Shown here: in pieces, positions 49,827 through 59,786 of the stretch | Numbering within the stretch: the first letter of the stretch is position 1 | How the letters are laid out: the number at the start of each line of letters is the position of its first letter | Origin: a bacterium | GTDB lineage: Bacteria > Patescibacteriota > Minisyncoccia > Phycocordibacterales > UBA6899 | Assembly: GCA_021851895.1 (NCBI GenBank) | Contig: JAJZQJ010000007.1 | Location: 6,618-70,617 of the forward strand | Reading direction: 5' to 3' | Length of the DNA stretch: 64,000 nucleotides | Made by a program: the position numbers and the translations under genes | Notes under the pieces: generated by a model | What the model saw: only the letters and a program-made list of their open reading frames with translations | Database searches by the model: none | Told to the model about the DNA's origin: nothing

Positions 49827-51338
49827 TTATGATGCACCCTGGTCGGCGGCAACCTTATCTCCAGCGGACAATCCATTGGTGACCTCCACGAATCCCCCGT
49901 CACCACGCAAGCCTGTAGTAACCGTATGTGCTACGGTCTTCATCGTGTTCTCGTCAGTGATCAAGTAAACGATCTTTCCTTCCGGTGTCTCATGGATGAA
50001 ACGTGATGGAATAACGATCGCGCCATTTACCCTTGCTGTCTCCACGACGATATCCGCAGTCATGCCTGGCTTTATATTCTCTACGTCATCGACAGCCGCC
50101 TTGATCTTATAATTGACGATACCTCCATCGATCGTGGCACCAAGATTCACTTCGGACACTGAGCCATGGAATATGTGACTCTTACCGAGCGCCTCATAAG
50201 TAATTGAAACCGATTGTCCAACAGAAAGCCCGACGATATCACTCTCATTGACGTTCGCCTCAATGTAGAGATGTCCAACATCCTGTACGGTAACAACAGG
50301 CATGTTCATCGTCACAAGATCACCAAGACTTATATCGATCTTTGTGACCGTACCATCAGCAGGTGCCATCAAATAAGTCTTATCGAGATCCGCCTGAGCT
50401 GCCTCGACCACACCCTGTGCGGATAAGACATCAGCCTGCGCAGCCGCTACATCTGCGGGTCGGCTCGCTGCTTTTACCTGATCGAGCTTTGACTGAAGAT
50501 TTCCGACAACCTCATCGCGCGTAGCGACTGCAGCATTATACGCATTGAGATTTGCAGTATAGTTCTTGCCATCTTTATTCGGGACACGCATCACCCACTC
50601 ATCATTATAAGAATATGAGGTCGTTGGGAATGAGATGGTCAATCCCAAATTTCCAAGTGGCTGTGAAAGATTGATGACCGGCACTGTACCTGCTTCGAGT
50701 CCAGAATAACGTAGATCATATTGCGATCCACTAAAATCAAAATTATAGACTCCTTCTATTTTGCCCCCGAACGAACCACTGATCGTCGGGCTGTTCGCCG
50801 GATTCATATCATTACGGAGTGGAAGCAATACAAGATCATCAGACATCATCTTACGAAACGCATTGTTCACGATACGATCTTGCGTCCTCACTGCATTATC
50901 GAGCGCATCTTGCGCTGCCATGATATCCACCGAGCTTGCCCCTTCGAGAACCTTCTGCAAGCGTGCCTTCGCACCCAAAAGTTGGCCCTTCGCCTTGGTC
51001 AAATTCGCTCGTTCTGAATCATTTTGCAAAACAGCGATTACCTGCCCTTTCTTGACCTTATCGCCGACCTTGAAATTGATCGCGCTTACGATATCGCTCG
51101 CCTGGAATGAGAGTGCGAGGTCCGTTGAGCTCGTTACCTTACCGGAAGCCATCACTGTCTTCACGAGATCCATACGCTCGGCCACGCCGACATCAAGCAC
51201 GACTTTCTGTTTTCGTGAGAGCATGAAAACACCAATGATCGCGATGACGAGTATGAATATGGTCACATATACGGCTCTTTTATGATCTTCCATCAAGATG
51301 CCCATCTTTCGAAATAGCTTTTCTTTTGAATCCTTCAT
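49827..51338 (-). CDS. Periplasmic adaptor / membrane fusion protein (MacA/HlyD-like)
   Basis: Lipoyl half-motifs V..GD.VKKGQ and APADG.V, I.PGMTA. Confidence 0.9.
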   Translation of the reverse strand: MKDSKEKLFRKMGILMEDHKRAVYVTIFILVIAIIGVFMLSRKQKVVLDVGVAERMDLVKTVMASGKVTSSTDLALSFQASDIVSAINFKVGDKVKKGQVIAVLQNDSERANLTKAKGQLLGAKARLQKVLEGASSVDIMAAQDALDNAVRTQDRIVNNAFRKMMSDDLVLLPLRNDMNPANSPTISGSFGGKIEGVYNFDFSGSQYDLRYSGLEAGTVPVINLSQPLGNLGLTISFPTTSYSYNDEWVMRVPNKDGKNYTANLNAYNAAVATRDEVVGNLQSKLDQVKAASRPADVAAAQADVLSAQGVVEAAQADLDKTYLMAPADGTVTKIDISLGDLVTMNMPVVTVQDVGHLYIEANVNESDIVGLSVGQSVSITYEALGKSHIFHGSVSEVNLGATIDGGIVNYKIKAAVDDVENIKPGMTADIVVETARVNGAIVIPSRFIHETPEGKIVYLITDENTMKTVAHTVTTGLRGDGGFVEVTNGLSAGDKVAADQGAS

Positions 51339-51427
51339 CCCAATATCATAACATAAAGGGGGTATATCTTGAACTCTTAAAAATGGCAAAATCGGGCATT
51401 TTTCCTAGGACGTGCTAGACTTTATCC

Positions 51428-52330
51428 ATGACCGATTCGCGTCATCTCATCTCGATCATCGGACCAACCGCAACGGGTAAAAGCGACCTCGCGGTTTTTC
51501 TCGCGCTCGCTCTCGACGGTGAGATCATTTCAGCGGATTCAAGGCAGGTATTCAAGGGATTAGACATTGGATCAGGAAAGATAACGAATGCGGAGATGCA
51601 GGGTATACCTCATCATCTTATCGATGTCGAGGACGTGCGCAACGAATTCACCGTCTCGCATTTCGCAGAAATGGCACGTAAGGAGATCAGCGATATACAG
51701 GCACGGGGTAAACTGCCGATACTTTGTGGTGGGTCCGGATTCTGGGTAGACACGGTCACGCGTGGCCTCGTCATCCCCGAGGTCGCACCCGACGAAGCAT
51801 TACGTGCGAAGCTCTATGCACACTCAAATGAGGAGCTCTTCAAAATACTCCAAGAGAAAGATCCCGTCCGCGCAGCAACGATCGATAGACAGAACCCGCT
51901 AAGACTCGTGCGCGCAATAGAGATCGCGAGTGCATTAGGCTCTGTCCCTGATAAGACATATATCGCACCTCCCTATCCTGTGCTCACCATAGGTATTACC
52001 GCGGACAAGGAGATCATCGACGCACGTATCGCCAAGAGACTCGATGAGCGACTCGCCTCCGGGATGATCGAAGAAGTGCGGAAGCTACTTGCCGATGGAG
52101 TACCCGCAAAACGCCTTTATGCGCTTGGACTCGAATACAGACATGTCACTATGCTCCTTGAGGGTGACTACGATTCCGAAGAAGAAATGCGTGACGCACT
52201 GTATATGGACATCGTCCACTTCGCAAAGAGACAGATGACCTGGTTTAAAAAACATAAGGACATCGCCTGGATTGGCGTCGGAGAGAAAGAGCGTGCGCTC
52301 TCCATCGCAAAGGAGTGGCTTGCACACTAA
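51428..52330 (+). CDS. miaA: tRNA dimethylallyltransferase
   Basis: GPTATGKS, IISADSRQV..GLDIGSGK, HHLID, AKRQMTWF. Confidence 0.97.
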   Translation: MTDSRHLISIIGPTATGKSDLAVFLALALDGEIISADSRQVFKGLDIGSGKITNAEMQGIPHHLIDVEDVRNEFTVSHFAEMARKEISDIQARGKLPILCGGSGFWVDTVTRGLVIPEVAPDEALRAKLYAHSNEELFKILQEKDPVRAATIDRQNPLRLVRAIEIASALGSVPDKTYIAPPYPVLTIGITADKEIIDARIAKRLDERLASGMIEEVRKLLADGVPAKRLYALGLEYRHVTMLLEGDYDSEEEMRDALYMDIVHFAKRQMTWFKKHKDIAWIGVGEKERALSIAKEWLAH

Positions 52331-52386
52331 TACACTTCCACGCACAGCATTCGAGTGCTATCATGAACTCATAATCTAACGTTCAT

Positions 52387-53157
52387 ATGGAAAATCAATC
52401 TCAACAACAAGAGATTCGCAACACGACTCGCGGTCGTTTCGGAAATCTCTTCACCTTTGGCTTCCTCTTCCCTGCAATTCTCGGAGCATCAGTGCTCCTC
52501 TCCGCGTATATCGTCTCGACAACGTTTCTCGGGATAAAGAAGCTCGACAACGTCATCTCTGTTTCGGGCTCTGCAAAGCAACGGGTCACCTCTGACTCTG
52601 CGCGCTGGACGGGGACCTTTTCTCGTCTCGTCACCAAGGACGGCGTCAAAGATGGCTATGCGCAAATGAAGCAAGACGAGCAGGCCGTACGCACATTCCT
52701 CGATGCACAGGGCTTCAAAGATGCAGAGATCTCGCCGATCTCCATGAACGAGTGGTATCGAAATGACGCGAAAGGAACGAGGGATTACAACCTCTCGCAA
52801 TATGTAGAAGTACGTTCAAAGGATGTCGAAAAGATGAAAGCACTCGCAAAGAGCAGCGAATCACTTGCAGCGGGCGGAATCTTCTTCTCGCCGGGACCAG
52901 TTGAGTATTACTACTCAAAACTTCCCGAGCTTCGCGTGTCACTGCTCCCCGCAGCACTTAAGGATGCACGCGCCCGGGCAGAGGCGATCGCACAAAATAG
53001 CGGAGCGCATGTCGGAGCGACAAAGTCTGTCTCTATGGGGGTCGTCCAAGTACTCTCAGCAGATTCTGTAGATGTTTCAGACTATGGTGCTTATGACACT
53101 TCAAAGATAGAAAAGGATGTCATGATCACCGTAAAAGCTGCGTTTCAGCTCGATTAA
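52387..53157 (+). CDS. SIMPL (DUF541) domain protein
   Basis: N-terminal TM; I.V.G.A..V.SD.A.W, A..DAR.RA..IA..G..G. Confidence 0.85.
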   Translation: MENQSQQQEIRNTTRGRFGNLFTFGFLFPAILGASVLLSAYIVSTTFLGIKKLDNVISVSGSAKQRVTSDSARWTGTFSRLVTKDGVKDGYAQMKQDEQAVRTFLDAQGFKDAEISPISMNEWYRNDAKGTRDYNLSQYVEVRSKDVEKMKALAKSSESLAAGGIFFSPGPVEYYYSKLPELRVSLLPAALKDARARAEAIAQNSGAHVGATKSVSMGVVQVLSADSVDVSDYGAYDTSKIEKDVMITVKAAFQLD

Positions 53158-53251
53158 CAAAAACGGCTCAGGCCGTTTTTTGTTTGCTTTTTGGCTCTAA
53201 ATAAGATAAACTACGAATACAAATGCCAAATTCTGGCCTTTGATATATGTT

Positions 53252-53322
53252 GGGCCTATAGTTCAGCGGTAGAATTATGGTCTCCAAAACCATCGACAGG
53301 GGTTCGAATCCTCTTGGGCCCG
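53252..53322 (+). tRNA. tRNA-Trp (CCA)
   Basis: GGGCCTA/TGGGCCC acceptor, ATGGT-CTCCAAA-ACCAT anticodon arm, GGTTCGAATCC T-arm. Confidence 0.96.
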
Positions 53323-53837
53323 CAACACACAAAAACAGAGCGCAAGCTCTGTTTTTGTTATGTGTTGCGAGACCCAAAAGGATTCGAAAGGCGGAGGCCG
53401 CGAAGCCGACCGCTTTCGGTTCCGACCGAAGCGGTCGTGGCCGAGCCGGGGTCGCGAGCACTTAGTCGCAGCGAGGCGAAGCCGAAGCGAGACTTAGTGA
53501 CTTGTGACCGAAGACTCATGGGCCCATATTTCGCGCAAGCGTTATTTTTGTTTTCTGTTGCAAGGCCCAAGAGGATTCGAAGGGCGGAGGCTGCGAAGCC
53601 AGCCGCTGAGGCTCCCAGCCGAGGCGGCTGTAGCCGAGCCCTGGCCCTACCTGCACCCCGCCGTTTCGGAGTGAAGCGAACGAAACGACGGAGGTGACAG
53701 AGGGGCGAATCCTCTTACTCTCCTATTCTGCGTGCGCAGCACTTCATGACTTAGAAACTCGTGACCGAATCACTCCTATTCTGCGTGCGTAGCACTCCAT
53801 ATCTTAGAAACTTCCGACCGAATCCTCTTGGGCACCA
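53303..53837 (+). mobile_element. Tandem array of Family-1 elements at the tRNA-Trp 3' end
   Basis: Inverted tRNA-end copies at 53365-53388 and 53558-53581; direct copies at 53509-53525, 53706-53716, ~53766-53771 and 53819-53837; two full cores plus two truncated ~55-bp tandem units. Confidence 0.75.
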
Positions 53838-53873
53838 TTTGAATCTTTTCCTTTTCCATGCAAAAATTTCCTC

Positions 53874-54788
53874 ATGGAACTCCCTACTCACCTCAAGTCC
53901 CTCTACCGCCACTGGCCGAAACACGTTAGCCCCATACCTGACCTCCCCAAGCCACTCTGCGACGATGAGACCCTTAAGCAGATCGACGCTTTCGTTCTTG
54001 AGCGCATGCGCATCTGGGAGCGCAAGACACGGGGCCAAAAAGGACCACTCACCGACGACCCCATACTCGCGCACTACCGCTTCTGCAACATCTACCGCGA
54101 ATTCGATCGCCAGACCATCGCATTTCATGAGCGATTAAATCCTATCCGAGACGACTTTCCACTCTGGCTGCTCAACATGTTCGCTTACCGCATGATCGCG
54201 AACACTGATACTGTTACTCAAATCGGCTTACTCACATTCAACCCAAAAGAACAAAAATCATTTTTTGAACGATTAAACTCTACTTCGCGTCCCCGTTTTG
54301 GCACTCCGTACGTCTTTCCAGTGAGTACGATATTGAAAAGCGATACACCAACGCGAGAGACATTCATTGCTTTCCATCTTCCGAAAGTGATGCGCGGGAT
54401 CGCAGCCGAGATCAGCACGTGGAAGGATATGTCCGTTTACGATGGCATTCGACGTATCATTCCGCTTTTCAGGTTCCAACACGAATTCCTCTGGACCGAA
54501 GTCCTTATCGATGTCGCCTACCAATATCCCGAACGGATCGATCTATTCGCACGCTTCCCGATCGGCCCTGGGTCGCTCCCGACAATGCAGCGACTCGGTG
54601 GCGCGCAAGAGTCATCGGAATTCGTTGCTACACTTGCAGGTCACAGGCTCGATGGAGGGGTGTCCTACAATGGAATTCCTCTTCGACTTTCTGCGGAAAA
54701 TTGGGAAGGCATAGGCTGCGAATTCAGAAAGTATACTAATCTCAAAAATGGAATGGGTCGCAAGCGGCTTTATCGCGAGAATCCTTGA
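53874..54788 (+). CDS. 5-hmdU DNA kinase helical domain / aGPT-Pplase1-like protein
   Basis: F..ER..IW.RK..G..P.T.DPIL..YRFCNIYRE.DR.T motif, GPGS, and E..CEF.KY near the C-terminus. Confidence 0.75.
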   Translation: MELPTHLKSLYRHWPKHVSPIPDLPKPLCDDETLKQIDAFVLERMRIWERKTRGQKGPLTDDPILAHYRFCNIYREFDRQTIAFHERLNPIRDDFPLWLLNMFAYRMIANTDTVTQIGLLTFNPKEQKSFFERLNSTSRPRFGTPYVFPVSTILKSDTPTRETFIAFHLPKVMRGIAAEISTWKDMSVYDGIRRIIPLFRFQHEFLWTEVLIDVAYQYPERIDLFARFPIGPGSLPTMQRLGGAQESSEFVATLAGHRLDGGVSYNGIPLRLSAENWEGIGCEFRKYTNLKNGMGRKRLYRENP

Positions 54789-54872
54789 TTTTAAGCTAAT
54801 CCCCATATAGTAGAGGAAATATGGCTAAATCCCCTTGCATTTTTACCGATTTAGGGTAATATAGCTCTACTT

Positions 54873-55028
54873 ATGGCACAGGAGAATCTTATCGTATTGC
54901 GCAACAAGGGAACTGGCGAGGCCATTTTCACACGCAAGAACAAGAAGGGTGTGCAGCGCAAGCTTGAGCTCAAGAAGTTCAGCAAGAAGCTCCGTACACG
55001 TGTTGTCTTCAAGGAGGCAAAGAAATAA
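54873..55028 (+). CDS. rpmG: 50S ribosomal protein L33 (Zn-free form; absent from the ORF track)
   Basis: MAQENLIVLRNKGTGEAIFTRKNKKGVQRKLELKKFSKKLRTRVVFKEAKK. Confidence 0.93.
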   Translation: MAQENLIVLRNKGTGEAIFTRKNKKGVQRKLELKKFSKKLRTRVVFKEAKK

Positions 55029-55152
55029 AAACTTATATTTTGACGCACTTGCCGTCGCTTCGACGACTGACTCGCTCACCGTATCAAACATACGGCTCAC
55101 TAGAGTTCAGACGCCTGCAGCGGCGGCAATTGCATTCAAAATCTAAAATTTT
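55027..55152 (+). repeat. Family-2 long-hairpin repeat, copy A
   Basis: Starts at the rpmG stop; core CTCGCTCACCGTATCAAACATACGGCTCACTAGAGTTCA. Confidence 0.8.
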
Positions 55153-55245
55153 ATATAATCCCACTAAAGGGATCATTTTTTTTATATGATTACCCTTTCC
55201 CACTACACTCATGTATAATAATGTCATCATATTACAGCAATCACT

Positions 55246-55905
55246 ATGGTCCTTCGCAAAATAACAAAAACAAGTGTCGCCGAATCCTGCGCCGATCTCG
55301 CTGAACGTTCTTCACTTGACCTCGACGTCATCCTGCTTACAACAGTGGCGACCGCCATCTGTTTCTTTGGCTTTCACATGAATAGCTCCTCGGTCATTAT
55401 CGGTGCAATGGTGATCTCACCACTGCTCTACTCTGTCGTGCATATTGGTGTATCAATATTCAATTGGGACAGCAAATCAGTACGAAGCAGCCTCGTCACG
55501 ATCATCGGCGGCTCGGTCATCGCGATCAGTGTTGCAGCACTCCTAACACAGCTCTTTCCGACAACTCCTCGATCTGAAATCATAGATCGATTGAATATCT
55601 CGCTAATGGATTACTTCTTCGTCGCAGTCTTTTCTGGAATCGGTGGAACATTCGCATTCTTTTGGCCAAATATTCTCGACATCGTCGCGGGGATCACTAT
55701 TTCCATTGCACTTATTCCTCCGATGACGATGATCGGTATCGGCATGACAAGTTTCAGCGCTCACCTCCTTGCAATAAGCGGAATTATCGCAGTTATAAAC
55801 ATATTAGGTATTTGCCTCGGCGCATTCATTGCCTACGCAAGCATCGAAATCGCACTCAGACACTTCTCAAAGATAACCGCGATGCCCATAGAGGGGGTAA
55901 AATGA
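55246..55905 (+). CDS. DUF389 family membrane protein
   Basis: NS.SVIIGAMVISPL, E..R, G..I.IAL.PP..G, N..I. Confidence 0.88.
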   Translation: MVLRKITKTSVAESCADLAERSSLDLDVILLTTVATAICFFGFHMNSSSVIIGAMVISPLLYSVVHIGVSIFNWDSKSVRSSLVTIIGGSVIAISVAALLTQLFPTTPRSEIIDRLNISLMDYFFVAVFSGIGGTFAFFWPNILDIVAGITISIALIPPMTMIGIGMTSFSAHLLAISGIIAVINILGICLGAFIAYASIEIALRHFSKITAMPIEGVK

Positions 55906-55939
55906 AAAACCGCCATTGGCGGTTTTTGTCTGTATTTTG

Positions 55940-56063
55940 AAACCAAAGATTTTGGATGGAATTTGCCTTATTGCAGCCACATGAACTCTAGTGAGCCGTA
56001 TGGGTTATACGGTGAACGAGGCATGCGGCGAAATAAGGTAAAGTTCGCCAAAATATTGGGTTT
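55940..56063 (-). repeat. Family-2 long-hairpin repeat, copy C
   Basis: Starts at the gyrA stop; core in gene sense CTCGTTCACCGTATAACCCATACGGCTCACTAGAGTTCA. Confidence 0.8.
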
Positions 56064-58541
56064 TTACAATACGGTGATGGAGGCAATACTATCCCCTTCC
56101 CTCAATTTCATAATACGTACACCCTGCGTCGAGCGTGAAAGTACTGGAATATCCGCGAGTGGAGTCCTGATCACCTGCGCATTGCGTGATATTGCAATGA
56201 GCTCAGCATCAAGATCCGGCACGACGATACCCATGACGATCGCACCTGTCTTGTCGGTGACATTCGCCGTCTTGATACCACTACCACCGCGACCTTGTGT
56301 CTTGTACTCATCGATTTCGGTCATCTTGCCGTAACCGTGTTCGCTGATGACAAGGAGATATGCCTTCTTGCCATAAACTTCACGAACGACATCAGCGGTG
56401 ACGAGTTCATCGCCCTTCTTTATCGTCATACCCTTCACGCCTGCTGCCGTGCGGCCCATTTCTCGAACATCGGAGTGACTAAAGCGGATCGACTGACCAT
56501 CAGCGGTCACAAGAGAAACATCGTCCTTACCCTCAGTGAAACGACAAGCAAGAAGCTCGTCACTATCATGGAGCGTGATCGCAATGAGACCACTCCTGCG
56601 CACATCGGCAAATGCATCTGCGGCGCACTTCTTCACCGTGCCCCCCTTAGTGACCATGAAGAGTGAGAGACCCTTCATCTCCTTTGCCTCTCTTGGCATA
56701 GCGAGAATCGAGGTGACCTTCTCCTCTGGACTGATCGCGAGATAATTGACGATAGACTTACCCCTCGTCGCACGCTTACCTTCAGGAAGTTCGTATGCCT
56801 TGATCTGGTAGACCTTACCCTTATTCGTAAAGAAGAGCAGATCATTGTGTGTCGTACACGAGAGGAAGATCTTGATGAAGTCCTCTTCCTTGGTCTCAAG
56901 GTCGACGACACCAACACCGCCTCGCTTTTGTACGCGGTATTCTGCGGGATCGGTGCGCTTGATGTAGCCACCACTACTGAAGACCACGATGGTCTCATTG
57001 TCGGGGATCATATCTTCAAGTGAAATGTTCTTCACACCACCCTTCACCACCTTTGTGCGGCGAGGATCACCATATTTCTCTCTGATCTCGAGAAGCTCAT
57101 CCTTGATGACCTTCATCATCTTCTTCAAAGAACCAAGGATCGACTCGAGCTCAGCGATGAGTGCCTGTACTGCCTTCAGCTCATCCTCGATCTTCTTGCG
57201 CTCAAGACCTGCGAGCTTCTGCAACTTCATCTCGAGGATGGCAGTCGCCTGTCGCTCTGAGAACTTGAACTGCTTCATCAAATTCACATGTGCCGTTGGA
57301 GTATCCTTCGACGCCTTGATGGTCTTGATGATCTCATCGATGTGATCGAGTGCCTTCTTGAGTCCGAGCAAGATATGCTCACGATCCTTTGCTTTCGCGA
57401 GATCGAATTCTGTACGACGTCTGACGACTTCCTTTCGATGCTTGATGAACTCCTCAAGCATGCTCTTCAATGAGAGCGTCTGTGGCTGACCATTGACGAG
57501 TGCCACCATGTTGTAATGGAAGGTCATCTCGAGATCTGTATGCTTATAGATCTGATTCAGTACACTCTGTGGAGGAACGCCGGCTTTTACAAAGATGACC
57601 ACACGAATATCTCTTGTCGATTCATCACGAATATCTCGGATACCATCGATCTTCTTGTCTTTAACAAGCTCCGCGATCTTCATGATCATATCGGACTTAT
57701 TAACGCGATACGGAATAGAAGTGATCACGATCTCAGACTGACCAGCCTTTGTCTCGACGATCTCACACTCACCGCGACATACGACACCACCGCGTCCGGT
57801 CGCATATGCATGAGCGATATCCTGCTTATTGAAAACAAGACCACCAACTGGAAAATCAGGACCCTTCACATATTCGAGAAGATCCTCCAGCGTGAGATCA
57901 GGATCATCGATAAGTGCGATCGTCGCATCGACGACTTCTCCGAGATTATGCGGAGGGATGTTCGTTGCCATACCGACGGCGATACCGAGCGTACCATTGA
58001 GAAGGAGTGCGGGCACCGCTGCAGGAAGCACTGCGGGCTCCTTGCGAGAACCATCATAGTTTGGACGGAAATCGACAGTACCCTTATCGAGATCACGGAG
58101 CATCTCGCCCGCGACCTTGCTCATCTTCGCTTCCGTATAACGCATTGCAGCCGCAGAGTCTCCATCGATAGAACCGAAATTACCCTGTCCGATCACGAAT
58201 GGATAGCGGAAGGTGAAGTCCTGTGCGGTCTTCACCATGGCCTCATACACCGCAGAGTCACCATGTGGGTGGTACTTTCCAAGGACATCTCCGACGATCG
58301 CCGCAGACTTCTTGAAACGCGCATTTGCAAAAAGACCCATGCCGTACATCGCAAAGAGAATGCGACGATGGACTGGCTTCAATCCGTCGCGAATATCGGG
58401 GAGCGCGCGAGACACAATGACGGACATCGCGTAATTGAGATACGAATCGCGCATCTCTGACGAGATGTTCGAAGCGACTACGCCTGTATGCTCTGTCTGT
58501 GCCGATGATGACTCAGGTTCGTTTTCTTTCTTTTTTGCCAT
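56064..58541 (-). CDS. gyrA: DNA gyrase subunit A
   Basis: [28 protein letters not shown], GyrA box QKRGGVG. Confidence 0.98.
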   Translation of the reverse strand: MAKKKENEPESSSAQTEHTGVVASNISSEMRDSYLNYAMSVIVSRALPDIRDGLKPVHRRILFAMYGMGLFANARFKKSAAIVGDVLGKYHPHGDSAVYEAMVKTAQDFTFRYPFVIGQGNFGSIDGDSAAAMRYTEAKMSKVAGEMLRDLDKGTVDFRPNYDGSRKEPAVLPAAVPALLLNGTLGIAVGMATNIPPHNLGEVVDATIALIDDPDLTLEDLLEYVKGPDFPVGGLVFNKQDIAHAYATGRGGVVCRGECEIVETKAGQSEIVITSIPYRVNKSDMIMKIAELVKDKKIDGIRDIRDESTRDIRVVIFVKAGVPPQSVLNQIYKHTDLEMTFHYNMVALVNGQPQTLSLKSMLEEFIKHRKEVVRRRTEFDLAKAKDREHILLGLKKALDHIDEIIKTIKASKDTPTAHVNLMKQFKFSERQATAILEMKLQKLAGLERKKIEDELKAVQALIAELESILGSLKKMMKVIKDELLEIREKYGDPRRTKVVKGGVKNISLEDMIPDNETIVVFSSGGYIKRTDPAEYRVQKRGGVGVVDLETKEEDFIKIFLSCTTHNDLLFFTNKGKVYQIKAYELPEGKRATRGKSIVNYLAISPEEKVTSILAMPREAKEMKGLSLFMVTKGGTVKKCAADAFADVRRSGLIAITLHDSDELLACRFTEGKDDVSLVTADGQSIRFSHSDVREMGRTAAGVKGMTIKKGDELVTADVVREVYGKKAYLLVISEHGYGKMTEIDEYKTQGRGGSGIKTANVTDKTGAIVMGIVVPDLDAELIAISRNAQVIRTPLADIPVLSRSTQGVRIMKLREGDSIASITVL

Positions 58542-58554
58542 GATTGTTTCTCAA

Positions 58555-58971
58555 TTAATTTTCGAAGCTTTTAGTGACGGTCGCTTCTCCCGTGTCGACA
58601 CCCGGAACAGTACCAAGATCGAGCTTATCCGATGTTGTGCTTTCAGCACTCGTATCACTACTCGATGCGGATATTACCGAACTATCGAGCACAGACGCAT
58701 TCAACCCTTTCAGCATACCCACCGTCGTATCGACGGACTTCTTTCCCTCATCAAACAATTTCCCCACTGCAGCGAAAATCGAGACATCGGCCTCGCCCGT
58801 ACGCACATCATTGGATGCCACAGGTAAAGGCACTGTATCACGAGAGCGCATATAAAATTGCGCGTATCCAACAGTGATCGTGGGGATGAGTGCAGCGATG
58901 ACCACGATCACATTCTTTGTGTGCGGAGATTTGCTGCGTAAATATTTGAGTAATGGATTTGCGTCAAGCAT
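58555..58971 (-). CDS. Hypothetical membrane-anchored protein
   Basis: One TM then a Ser/Thr-rich tail; co-oriented within the operon. Confidence 0.7.
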   Translation of the reverse strand: MLDANPLLKYLRSKSPHTKNVIVVIAALIPTITVGYAQFYMRSRDTVPLPVASNDVRTGEADVSIFAAVGKLFDEGKKSVDTTVGMLKGLNASVLDSSVISASSSDTSAESTTSDKLDLGTVPGVDTGEATVTKSFEN

Positions 58972-58981
58972 GATTACAGAA

Positions 58982-59614
58982 TTATGGACGAAGTGCAGGC
59001 TCCAAAATGATGACCTCTCCTTCCTTCCCAGAGATATCCTTCTTCTTTATCGTCAACTTATCGACAGGCAAGACGCCCTCAGCACTCATTTCCTTCTTGA
59101 AAGCAGCGAGGTGTTTATCATCGTAAGCGAGCGGAATGACCACGGGCGCATCAAGCTGCACTGCGATCTTCTCGGCGTCAGATGGACTCAAAAGATCTCC
59201 TCCACCTATCGGCGCAAAAAGCACGTCGACATTACCGATGCCCTCATAGAGATCAGCGGTGAGTTCCGGCGAAGAAAGTGCGCCAAGAAAACACAACGTG
59301 AGATCTTCGATGCGCACCGTGTAAATTGTATTAAGTAGCCCCTTCGGACCATAACTCTTTGGTGAAAGGAATCCTGATATCGCGACATCGCGGATCTCAT
59401 ACTCCCCAGGACCAGACACAACGAAAGGCTTTCGATCGCCGTACTCGAGATTTTCCACCCCATTCATATTGGGATCGTTTGCCGAAACAAGAGCGATATC
59501 GGATCCAAATCGCAGGGGCTTATAGTCTCCATCTTTACTGAAAGGATTGATCGCAATCGTGAGATCCCCCTGAGTGATCTTCACGAAATGTCCTCCGTGA
59601 TACGTTATAACCAT
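58982..59614 (-). CDS. Metallo-beta-lactamase-fold protein (Lactamase_B_3-like; metal motif degenerate)
   Basis: ITY.G..KI, GPGEYE, NTIY, .DVLF.P.GG, IP; the HxHxDH motif is not intact. Confidence 0.8.
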   Translation of the reverse strand: MVITYHGGHFVKITQGDLTIAINPFSKDGDYKPLRFGSDIALVSANDPNMNGVENLEYGDRKPFVVSGPGEYEIRDVAISGFLSPKSYGPKGLLNTIYTVRIEDLTLCFLGALSSPELTADLYEGIGNVDVLFAPIGGGDLLSPSDAEKIAVQLDAPVVIPLAYDDKHLAAFKKEMSAEGVLPVDKLTIKKKDISGKEGEVIILEPALRP

Positions 59615-59786
59615 GAAGAGAGTATATCAGAAAAAACGCTATTTTTACAGCGATTTATACACTTTTCAAGCGTTAAAAATGTTGTCGAATATATGACCAG
59701 CGCGGGCTCTTTGTCGCCGCAAAAACTATTGACATAGCGAATTCATGATGTATAACTCATAAATATCATTTCGTCTGGAGCAACAC

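Noticed and set aside
52346-52362. CIRCE-like half-site GAGTGCTA
   Set aside because: No 9-bp-spaced TTAGCACTC partner, not near chaperone genes, and it overlaps a TGCTATCAT -10 element.
53168-53697. ORFs overlapping tRNA-Trp and its repeats (and similar ORFs at 45849-46430 over tRNA-Leu)
   Set aside because: These are translations of tRNA and GC-rich hairpin sequence.
53303-53837. CRISPR array or prophage attL/attR
   Set aside because: The repeats are tRNA-end copies in alternating orientation with homologous structured spacers; no cas gene, integrase or phage genes lie nearby.
57516-58460. Long antisense ORFs (also 22296..23312, 39066..39926, 21694..22296)
   Set aside because: They shadow gyrA, the kinase, serS and trpS on the opposite strand and show no protein motifs; a codon-bias effect.
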